A DNA stretch of 64,000 nucleotides from Candidatus Aenigmatarchaeota archaeon (GTDB lineage Archaea; Aenigmatarchaeota; Aenigmatarchaeia; CG10238-14; SCSR01): positions 17,405 to 81,404 of the forward strand of contig JACRAE010000005.1 of assembly GCA_016213525.1 (NCBI GenBank), given 5' to 3'. Position numbers and translations under genes: made by a program. Of this stretch, positions 39,517-47,784 are shown piece after piece (position 1 is the stretch's first letter; each line of letters starts with the position of its first letter). The notes below the pieces were generated by a model. The model made no database searches. It was not told the origin of the DNA and saw only the letters and a list, made by a program, of their open reading frames with translations.

Positions 39517-40476
39517 ATGCTGAAGATAGCCGCCTTCAAGAGGGGCAAGCCCGTAAAGAACATCTCCGTCAAGAAGATACGGGGACTGATGTCCAGAAGC
39601 AGCATGGTGTGGGTTGATGTTGAGAGGGGCAGCCGGAAGGATTTCGATTTCATATCCAAAACGTTCAAATTACACCCCCTCACAGTCGAGGACATGAGGA
39701 ACTCCAACAGCCTACCGAAGATAGACATAGTTGGAAAGGAGTACACGATGGTTATTTTCCACGAGGTCTACTACGACAGGCAGGTGAAGAAGATTCGGAT
39801 GAGCGAGGTCGACTTCTGCATAGGCAAGAACTTCATAATAACAGTTCACCAAGTCGCGTCCGCGAGCATAGAGTCGGTGAGGAGGAAGTTCATGTCGGGA
39901 ATATATCCGGACGTCTCCCCAGACAGGGTGATGCACGGCGTAATGGACTCCGAGGTCGAGGGCTACGTCACGATGATGGACCAGCTAGACTCGGAGATAG
40001 AGCACCTCGAGAACAGGCTGCTGAAGGGCAGGACGGACGGCATACTCGGGATATTGAGCGACCACAGGAGGGAGGTGACGGAGCTGAGGAAGATAGTCGG
40101 CCCCCAGAGGGAGATAATAAGCAAGATATACCACGGAGAGTCGCCGATTGTGTCCGAGGGCATGCTGTTCTATTTCAGGGACATATCCGACAACATGTTC
40201 AGGTTCTATTCCAGCCTGGAGTCCCACAGGGACGCCGTGACCAGCGCGTTCGAGACCTACACGTCCATACAGTCGAACAACATAAACAAGGTGCTGAAGC
40301 AGCTGTCGATAATATCCACGGTCTTCCTGCCGATGTCCTTTGTGGCCGGCATATACGGTACAAACTTCCAGTTCGTGCCGGGCCTGAGCCACAGCTACGG
40401 ATTCTATGTCATGCTGCTCTTGCTGCTGGTCATAGGGACCGGCATGTACACGTACTTCAAGAGAAAGTACAAGTGA
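39517..40476 (+). CDS. corA: CorA family Mg2+/Co2+ transporter
   Basis: LHPLTVED, PKID, FLPMSFVAGIYGTNF (GTN variant of GMN). Confidence 0.92.
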   Translation: MLKIAAFKRGKPVKNISVKKIRGLMSRSSMVWVDVERGSRKDFDFISKTFKLHPLTVEDMRNSNSLPKIDIVGKEYTMVIFHEVYYDRQVKKIRMSEVDFCIGKNFIITVHQVASASIESVRRKFMSGIYPDVSPDRVMHGVMDSEVEGYVTMMDQLDSEIEHLENRLLKGRTDGILGILSDHRREVTELRKIVGPQREIISKIYHGESPIVSEGMLFYFRDISDNMFRFYSSLESHRDAVTSAFETYTSIQSNNINKVLKQLSIISTVFLPMSFVAGIYGTNFQFVPGLSHSYGFYVMLLLLLVIGTGMYTYFKRKYK

Positions 40477-40536
40477 AGTCGGGAACCGCGAAAAATGTAG
40501 GGGGGTTTCTAGCGTCCGCGAAGAAGGCGTGAGGGC

Positions 40537-40698
40537 TCACGCGTTCTCTCTAACGCATTTCTGACAGGCTATCACGCCTCTGTTCTCCACAATCTCTCCG
40601 AATATCGTCCTGCATCCGCAGGCGGGGCAAGTTATCTTGTCCGCGGTCAGGCCCGTATTCCTGAGACCGTAGATTATGTTCCTTATTATTCCTTTCAT
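40537..40698 (-). CDS. 53-aa zinc-ribbon microprotein
   Basis: Manual translation MKGIIRN...CPACGC...CQKC; below ORF-track cutoff. Confidence 0.6.
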   Translation of the reverse strand: MKGIIRNIIYGLRNTGLTADKITCPACGCRTIFGEIVENRGVIACQKCVRENA

Positions 40699-40847
40699 CA
40701 AATCCCACCATTATCACGTCTTGGTTTCTACGCATTTCAACCCATCGGGTAAAATCACAAAAATCATGCCTCTGTTATATAAAATCGGCATACTTACGTC
40801 CGACAGGAAAATCCAACCTTTCGATTGAATCCTTAGAAAAATTTTGC

Positions 40848-40889
40848 GACACTGTCACAAGATCAAGCTGTTTGTCAAGGTCTGGTAAT
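40848..40889 (-). other. 3' arm of 23S pre-rRNA processing stem (BHB)
   Basis: Pairs with 44371-44412; GUCA/UGAC central helix with AAG and AAA bulges. Confidence 0.9.
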
Positions 40890-41194
40890 CTCGAGCTATT
40901 GGAAATCGCGGGCTGAAATTCTCGCGCGAACGCTTGAACCTTACACCCCAATCCCATCAATCTCGTAGTCTACGAGTGCCCTCGTCCCGACTCTAGCCTT
41001 GCGGCCAGACTCGAGAGTGGCAATCTATTATTTCCGGACGGTTTCGAGCTTAGATGCTTTCAGCTCTTATCCGTGTATGGCTTGGCTGCTCGGCAGTGCC
41101 GATTGACAACCGATACACTAGAGGCCACGGAGGCATGTTCCTTTCGTACTTATGCCTCCTTCCGGTCAGATTGCTTACACCTCTAGTAGATAGC

Positions 41195-41228
<34 letters not shown>

Positions 41229-41330
41229 AGCGTCCCCCTTTAACCAGTGGACACCTGTACCCTTGGCTGCTGCTGCACAGCCAGGAGGGGGGGAGCCGAC
41301 AGCGACGCACCAACGCGCCGGGTCAATATG

Positions 41331-41443
41331 CCCGTCTTACGACGGTTTATCGAATCCCAATTCGCTGATCGTTTAGTTTAGAGCTTGTAGGCTCTTTTTG
41401 CTATCAGATTCAGAAATATGTGGGAGTGAAAACCACTACTGTG
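41331..41443 (-). other. 113-nt non-BHB insertion in 23S helix 89 loop (about 2474/2475)
   Basis: Interrupts conserved GAAAGCC|CAUAUUGAC; boundary can shift by 2 nt. Confidence 0.85.
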
Positions 41444-41612
41444 GGCTTTCACCGGCCACGGGCCCATTATCCCCGAGGTAGCTTTTCTTAGACCACCGGG
41501 CCCCATTAAGAAGCCTCGATGTATCGCTAACCCATGCTTTCGCAGCTGGATTCCGTACTTTTTAGAATCCAGTCAGCCCAGCTTTTGCGTTTGCACTCTA
41601 CTCCGGATTTCT

Positions 41613-41826
41613 GTCGGGTGATGCAAATCGTTATTAAACATCGCAAAGCGTCCACGAAAATTCTCTTGTACACTCATCAGCTACCTCTGTCTTCATCCTT
41701 TCGAAAGTCAGACTGGAGCGATCTAGTCACTGTGTCATTTCAGTTTCTTTTACGTGGGCAATGCCTCTAAAGCTGTTAGGTTTTTTAGTCCTCATGCTCT
41801 TCGAGGCAAAATGCGACTTGCATCAT
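41613..41826 (-). other. 214-nt BHB intron in 23S helix 84 (about 2306/2307)
   Basis: CGGG/CCCG central helix, GCA and ACA bulges, 12-bp intron helix; excision restores loop length. Confidence 0.9.
41677..41730 (-). ncRNA. candidate box C/D guide RNA inside 23S intron
   Basis: D' CUGA - hairpin - C' AUGAAGA - D CUGA; guides match 16S 53809-53817 and 23S 41475-41483. Confidence 0.6.
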
Positions 41827-42027
41827 GCCCCGGATGAGCTGAGCTTTGGGAGCCCTTGATACCTTTTCAAGGGCGTGCCGCCCCAGCCGAACTGCCCATC
41901 TGACGGTGTCCCCTTTTGGGGTGAGCAGTAAAGTTCCCGAATGATGGTGTTACACTTTCCCCTATCCCAAGACCTAAATCTTGGGCATAACGGGTCCCAC
42001 CTACTCTATGAAGCGGAAACTTTACCA

Positions 42028-42064
<37 letters not shown>

Positions 42065-42208
42065 TATCCCACTAGAGGTCTCTGGCTTATTCACCAGAAT
42101 GGCAATTTCACTGGGTACCCGCCCAGGACAGCGGGAAGATTGTTGAGCCATTCAGACGGGCCGTCATTTAAACGGCAAGGGATTACGCTACTTTACGACG
42201 GTCAGAGT

Positions 42209-42404
42209 TTGCGGGGTCCGAAATGAGGGAAACTTTCCATAACGACTTTGAATCGCTTGAAAAATCTCTCGATTTCTTTCTCCAACTCGTAATCCACCCT
42301 ACTGAATGATGCTCCTTGGCTAACCTGTTTAACGCCTCCCAGAAGTAGTTCGTTGGAACTGTGAAAGCAATACTTGCGTACTCGCCTCCCTCACTTCCTG
42401 ACCT
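42209..42404 (-). other. 196-nt BHB-like intron in 23S helix 69 loop (1912/1913)
   Basis: GCGG/CCGC helix, UAA and AAA bulges, long intron helix; excision restores GCGGUAACUCUGACCGUC. Confidence 0.9.
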
Positions 42405-44370
42405 TACCGCCGCCGTTTACCGGGGCTTCGATCGGTTGGAACCGACTTTGACCTACCGGCACTGGGCAGGCTTAAGAGATTGTACTTGTGCTTGCGCATT
42501 GGCAATCTCCATCGTTTTTGTTAAACAGTCACCTTCCCCTTGTCACTGCGACCTGCTTCCCCTTGCGAGGAAACAGGCACTCCTTATACCAAGGATACGG
42601 AGCTAACTTGCTGATTTCCCTAGGCAGGGTTTTCCCAACACACCATGGTCTTTTCAACCAGTCTACCTGTTACGGTTCTCGGTACGGACATATAGGATCC
42701 TTGATTGCCCACTTTTCACGGGCACCTGGAATTCGCAGAACTCCGCATACGCGGGGCTGTTCGTGCATTCCTCCCCTTCTCCTCGTTACAAGACTCCAGG
42801 GACTTCAACACTTAACTTACGTCCACGTGTCCAGATGCGTCGCGAGCAACCCTTGCGTTGCCGCACGTACCCATATGGTATCGGAATATTAACCGATTTC
42901 CCTATCACTAAATCCGGTTAAGGTTTAGTTTAGGACCGACTTACCGCCAGCTGACGAACATTGCTGGCAAACCCTTAGACTTAAGGCGGTGGAGATTCTC
43001 ACTCCACTACGTTGCTACTCATGGCAAGATCTGCATTACCGAACGGTCCACCACTGCTTACGCAGAGGCTTCTGCCCGTACGGTACGCCTCCCTACTACC
43101 CCTTATCAGGGTCTATGGTATCGGTAGTTGACTTAGTCCCTTCCATCTTCAGAACGCACATCCTCGGCAGGTAAGCTATTACGCACTTTTTAACTGATGG
43201 CTGCTTCTGAGCCTACAGTCCTGCTGTCTGAGGATGCACATTTCCTTCTACGTTTAGCCAACATTTTGGGACCTTAACCATAGTTGGGGTTATTTCCCTT
43301 TCGCCAACCGAGTTTAACCCGGTAAGCTCATTCCAGACTTCTACGGCGGTACCAGGTTCGGAGTTTGGCAGCAAAGCTGAACCTTTCGGTCCTTGACTTC
43401 ACAATCAGTAACTCTACCCTGATACCGGCCTCGGTCTAGACTGCACTGACATGCATTTCGGGAGGAACCAGCTATCTCGTGTCTCGTTAGGCTTTTCACC
43501 CCTAATCCCAAATCACACGAGTGATTGGCAGTTCAACAACGCTTCGGCCCTCCACCATACTTTCGTACGGCTTCAGCCTGTTCAGGATTAGATCGACACG
43601 CTTCAGGTCGTAAACCAGCGACTTCACGCCCTTTCAGACGCCGCGCCACATTCAACATTACGCGCTTGTCGCTTTCGCTACGGCTACCTCGCTTAAACGA
43701 GTTAACCTCGCCGCTGATATACACTCCTTGCCCCGTTTTTCAAAACGGACGCTAAAACACTGTAAGCGACACCTCGTACTGCAGCCTCTCGACTGTTTCC
43801 TTCGGGTCGCACCTTCCGTGCCTTAGCTGACTTATACCGACTTGGTTTCAGGTTCTTTTAACCCGGCTCACGCCGTTCTTTTCAGCTTTCCGTCACCGTA
43901 CTATTGCACTATCGGACTTCGTTAGTATTTAGGGTTGGCACTTAATTCTGCCAGATTCACGCTCCGTATCTAGGGAACGTTACTCAGGATACTAGGCATT
44001 ATCCTTTCTCACTTCCTCTACGCGGCTATCACGCTTTAACGCGCGCCTTTCCAGGCGTCTTCGAGTCGCGAGACTGGGATAGACCCTAGTCCTTCAACTC
44101 CACATCCATATCGCATTACTGCGACTGTTCGGTTTGCCCTGCGCCACTTTCACTCGCCGTTACTAATGGCATGCAAATTTGTCTCTTTTCCTGCGGGTAG
44201 TAAGATGCTTCACTTCCCCGCGTTCCCGTACCTCTCGGTACCTACCGAAGTAGAAGATCCTCATTCGGACACCTCGGGGTCGTAGGCTGCATGCGCCTAA
44301 CCCGAGACTATCGCGGCTTGCCGCGTCCTTCTTCGGCTAACGAAGCCAAGCCATCCACCAAGCGGCTGTT

Positions 44371-44412
44371 ATTACCAGACCTCTTTGACCAGCTTGATCC
44401 TGTGACAGTGTC
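44371..44412 (-). other. 5' arm of 23S pre-rRNA processing stem (BHB)
   Basis: Inverted repeat of 40848-40889. Confidence 0.9.
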
Positions 44413-44430
44413 ATCTTTGTACGGCCTCCT

Positions 44431-44497
44431 TTAGACAGTTCGCTCCTCATCTTTTGGTCGGAGTCAAATTGCAGTCACTGGCCTATCCACTCTTCAA
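44431..44497 (-). ncRNA. candidate box C/D guide RNA 2 in 23S leader
   Basis: UUGAAGA..GUGA..AUGAGGA..CUAA; 10-nt match to 23S 41198-41207. Confidence 0.45.
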
Positions 44498-44570
44498 CCC
44501 GCAGCGCAGCAGCTGAGGATTTGCATGTTGGTTGTATCGCGGAGCTAAAAACAGTCCGTAAACCCTCAGC

Positions 44571-44628
44571 TCAAAAGGTGTCCACCTCTTCAACCACTTT
44601 CGCGTCAGATACGAACACTTGGAATCAC
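44571..44628 (-). ncRNA. candidate box C/D guide RNA 1 in 23S leader (predicted Um2552)
   Basis: D' CUGA - GAAA hairpin - C' UUGAAGA - guide GGUGGACACCUU - D UUGA; D+5 = U2552. Confidence 0.75.
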
Positions 44629-44693
44629 AGCTAAGGAAAAAGGACCAATGCAGATTTTATTCTGCCATACCTAAGCACCGTGTCAGAAGTATA

Positions 44694-45176
44694 CTATGAC
44701 GTTAAGGTATATAAACCTTTTTTCAGGCGCCGGATATCGAAAACGACCTCGCTCGCGACGTCCTTGACCCTGGTAATCGCCGGTATCCTGAACATTTCGC
44801 TGCCGGGACCGTAGACCTCACCCTCGAGCTCTTTCCTGCACATCGCCATCATCTCCCTTACGTCCTCCAAGTCGCCTTTGATTGCAGAATCGACCCTGTT
44901 GTCGAATTTCGCGACGTCCAGACCTCTGTACATGGAATCGAGCTTTCCGAGCAGCCTCGAGCTGCGTTCCGCGAGCCTGTAGACCTCTCCCATCTTTTCG
45001 GCGTTTAGGTCGGCTCTGGCCCTCTGGCTCCCGACGAATATCCTCTTCGAGTTGCAGAACAGGTACTCCAGGTCCTCCGTGAATATGTCAAGGTGCTCCA
45101 TTGTGAACTCTCCCCTTCCTCTGCGTCTGGAAAACATGCCATACATCGCGGAGCCCACGCCGGATAGGTAGGACAT
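44694..45176 (-). CDS. hypothetical protein
   Basis: 160-aa ORF. Confidence 0.65.
   Translation of the reverse strand: MSYLSGVGSAMYGMFSRRRGRGEFTMEHLDIFTEDLEYLFCNSKRIFVGSQRARADLNAEKMGEVYRLAERSSRLLGKLDSMYRGLDVAKFDNRVDSAIKGDLEDVREMMAMCRKELEGEVYGPGSEMFRIPAITRVKDVASEVVFDIRRLKKGLYTLTS
44708..44724 (-). promoter_or_regulatory. putative BRE/TATA promoter of 23S pre-rRNA
   Basis: GAAAAAAGG-TTTATATA on minus strand about 300 nt upstream of the processing stem. Confidence 0.6.
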
Positions 45177-45236
45177 AATTAAGGCGATGTCGGCGAGGGA
45201 TTTAAGCGTTCGACCCCCACAGAGCGATTTTTATCC

Positions 45237-45878
45237 ATGTCTTCCCAAATTACATGTATGTTAGAATTGGTTGGTCCCCTGTTTTCGGGTCTGGCTGAAT
45301 CGAGTTTCCTGAGCATGATGTCATTCACAGCCGGTCTCGTGATTTACGCGATTTTTATATGGCACTTCCATAGGTATGTAAGCACAAGGGACGTGTTCAG
45401 GTGGGACACAGAAAAATATGAGAGGTCCGGAGCACTCGGGAAGCTCGGCCATGGAATCGCCTACCTGGTCAAGTATCTGATAGCGTATCCGGTCCTGGTG
45501 TTCGTCTGGTTCGGCGTCTTCGCTGCTTTCATGTTCGTCCTCGGAGGGAGCTTCCAAGTTCAGACTATATTATTGGTATCGTTCGCCCTGGTCACAGCCA
45601 TAAGGATATGCTCCTACTACAAGGAGGAGCTGGCAGTCGAGCTCGCGAAGATCGTGCCGTTCAGCATACTCGCGGCCTTCGTCCTGCAGCCGTCCGCATT
45701 CAACTTCGACGCGACTCAGAAGGTGTTCGAGCTGGGGTCCTTCCTGGGCGACATCTTGAGCTTCATGATATTCTCGGTTTTCGCCGAGTGGGTCATAAGG
45801 ATAGCCTGGTCCATAAAGAGGAAGCTGGCGCCCCACGTCCATCCGGAGCTCGACATAGTCGAGAGATTCGGCCGCTGA
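45237..45878 (+). CDS. hypothetical membrane protein
   Basis: Multi-TM ORF; start uncertain. Confidence 0.8.
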   Translation: MSSQITCMLELVGPLFSGLAESSFLSMMSFTAGLVIYAIFIWHFHRYVSTRDVFRWDTEKYERSGALGKLGHGIAYLVKYLIAYPVLVFVWFGVFAAFMFVLGGSFQVQTILLVSFALVTAIRICSYYKEELAVELAKIVPFSILAAFVLQPSAFNFDATQKVFELGSFLGDILSFMIFSVFAEWVIRIAWSIKRKLAPHVHPELDIVERFGR

Positions 45879-45923
45879 CACGGATTGGAAATCTTTAAGG
45901 TCAAAAAACACGAATTTTATATC

Positions 45924-46070
45924 ATGTCAAAGAAGAAATGCGTCCAGTGCGGCAAGGAGACGGAGAAGTGGACCCTCAGGCAGGGGAAGCCGTTCTGCTC
46001 GCAAGCCTGCGTCAAGAAGTACGGGGAGAAGCACGGAAGCAAGAAGTCGGACGTGTGTGAATTTTGCTAG
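45924..46070 (+). CDS. small TRASH/YHS-like metal-binding protein
   Basis: CVQCG...FCSQAC...CEFC. Confidence 0.7.
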   Translation: MSKKKCVQCGKETEKWTLRQGKPFCSQACVKKYGEKHGSKKSDVCEFC

Positions 46071-46804
46071 ACGGAATAGCCCTCGAGGAGTCGATAAGGA
46101 ACATATCGTTCCAGCTGATTCTTCTGGCGACGCTGGTGATAACAGTCGTGGTTTTGGTGTCGTTCTTCCACAAGAGGAAGGGTGAGAAGGAGAAGATAGT
46201 CCTCTTCCTTGCCATACTCGTGTCTTCCGTTTCGGTCACAGTTTTCATGTCCGCGTCAACGGTCTACATAAACACTATATCCGAGACGGGCGGCCCGATA
46301 CACTGGCACGCCGACTTCGAGATATGGAAGTGCGGCCAGAAGCTCAACGTGATGGACCCTACCGGCATAGAGAACCGGATTGGGACTCCGCTTCTACACG
46401 AGCACAACGACGACAGGATGCACGTGGAGGGCACGGTGGTGAGGAAGTCCGAGCTTAACATGGGTAAGTTCTTCCAGGTAATCGGCGGCCACATATCAAA
46501 CAGCGATTTCTTCATACCGACCAACAGCGGCGTAGTGGGCGCGACTAACGGCGACCTGTGCGACGGCAAGGTCGGGAAGCTGCAGGCCTTCGTTTACAGG
46601 GTCACGAACCCCGACGAGTTGAAGAGGTGGAAGTTCGTGCAGGAAAAGGTCGGCGACATACCAAGCCACGTCCTGTCGCCTTACAGCCTAATACCACCCG
46701 GAGACTGCATAATCATAGAGTTTGGCGAGGAGAAGGATACGACCGAGCACATGTGCGAGACCACCAGGATATCCATTCAGAGAGGTGAATTGAGTGGCGG
46801 TTGA
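46064..46804 (+). CDS. membrane-anchored His-motif protein
   Basis: Two TM helices, HWHADF and HEHNDDRMHVE motifs. Confidence 0.75.
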   Translation: MLDGIALEESIRNISFQLILLATLVITVVVLVSFFHKRKGEKEKIVLFLAILVSSVSVTVFMSASTVYINTISETGGPIHWHADFEIWKCGQKLNVMDPTGIENRIGTPLLHEHNDDRMHVEGTVVRKSELNMGKFFQVIGGHISNSDFFIPTNSGVVGATNGDLCDGKVGKLQAFVYRVTNPDELKRWKFVQEKVGDIPSHVLSPYSLIPPGDCIIIEFGEEKDTTEHMCETTRISIQRGELSGG

Positions 46805-47504
46805 GGCCTTCCTTCCGTCGATTGGCATCGTTACGACGACCGCCGTAATAGATTCCATCAACCCCTGCGCCATAGGTGTCCTGATTCTGATGATTTCCGT
46901 CCTCATGTCCGGTAAGCATGGGGTCAGGAAGATGCTCGTGTTGGGCGGGCTCTACATAGCCGCAATTTTTGTAACTTATCTCGCGGCCGGGCTTGGCCTC
47001 CTCTACTTCCTCACGAACCTACCGCTGGCTATAACGGAGTACATCTCAATCGGAGTCGGGACCCTGATTATATTTGCGGGAATGCTGGAGGTGAAGGACT
47101 ACTTCTGGTATGGCCGAGGATTCTCGCTCACCATACCGCACCAAGTCACGGACAAGATACACGACCTGACCAAGAACGTGACCATACCGGGCGTGATAAT
47201 TCTGGGCTGCTTCGTGGCTGCGGTGGAGCTGCCCTGCACCGGCGCCCCGTATCTGGCCATAATCACGCTACTGTCCCAGTACTTCGACTTCACCGCGCTT
47301 CTGCTGCTGATCTACTACAATGTGATATTCGTGATGCCGCTGATAGTCATATTGGTGCTTGTGGCGTTCGGTATGAAGCTCCACAAGGTGAAGAAGTGGA
47401 AGCAGGATTACAGGGGCTTCATGAGGCTGCTCATAGGACTGATGCTGATAGGCATGGGATGGCTCCTGATAGCCATATCCAACAACATGATAAACTTCGG
47501 GTGA
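46794..47504 (+). CDS. CcdA/DsbD-like (cytochrome c biogenesis family) membrane protein
   Basis: DSINPCA and ELPCTGAPY motifs. Confidence 0.85.
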   Translation: MAVEAFLPSIGIVTTTAVIDSINPCAIGVLILMISVLMSGKHGVRKMLVLGGLYIAAIFVTYLAAGLGLLYFLTNLPLAITEYISIGVGTLIIFAGMLEVKDYFWYGRGFSLTIPHQVTDKIHDLTKNVTIPGVIILGCFVAAVELPCTGAPYLAIITLLSQYFDFTALLLLIYYNVIFVMPLIVILVLVAFGMKLHKVKKWKQDYRGFMRLLIGLMLIGMGWLLIAISNNMINFG

Positions 47505-47508
47505 AAAC

Positions 47509-47784
47509 ATGGCTCAAACGCACATAGTGAAAAGGAAGGGTCGCAAGGAGAGGTTCGACGAGAGGAAGATCTATCTGTCGTGCTTCGCGTCCTGCAGGGT
47601 CGTCGGCATACCCGACAAGCAGAACGAGAAGATATGTGGTTCAGTGGTGAAGAGCGTCAGGGCCTGGGTCAAGAACAAGCGCGAGGTCAGGTCTAAGGAC
47701 ATAATGAAGTTCGTCGTATCATCTCTCAGGAAACACGACAAGGACGCCGCGTTCATGTACGAGACCCACAAGGACATAGGCTAG
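47509..47784 (+). CDS. stand-alone ATP-cone domain protein
   Basis: IVKRKGRKERFDERKI. Confidence 0.8.
   Translation: MAQTHIVKRKGRKERFDERKIYLSCFASCRVVGIPDKQNEKICGSVVKSVRAWVKNKREVRSKDIMKFVVSSLRKHDKDAAFMYETHKDIG

Noticed and set aside
41385..41412. C/D guide in the 113-nt insertion (GAGCCUACA matches 43209-43217)
   Set aside because: The match lies in a hairpin and lacks properly placed C and D boxes; probably chance
41670..41760. Hammerhead ribozyme in the 23S H84 intron (CUGAUGAG and GAAAC present)
   Set aside because: The would-be cleavage site reads GUG/GA rather than NUH and stem II does not close properly; the motifs are better explained as C/D boxes
44609..44621. Target for the D' guide of 23S-leader cassette 1 near G2058 (42058-42068)
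   Set aside because: Only 7-8 contiguous pairs with an internal mismatch; not distinguishable from chance by eye
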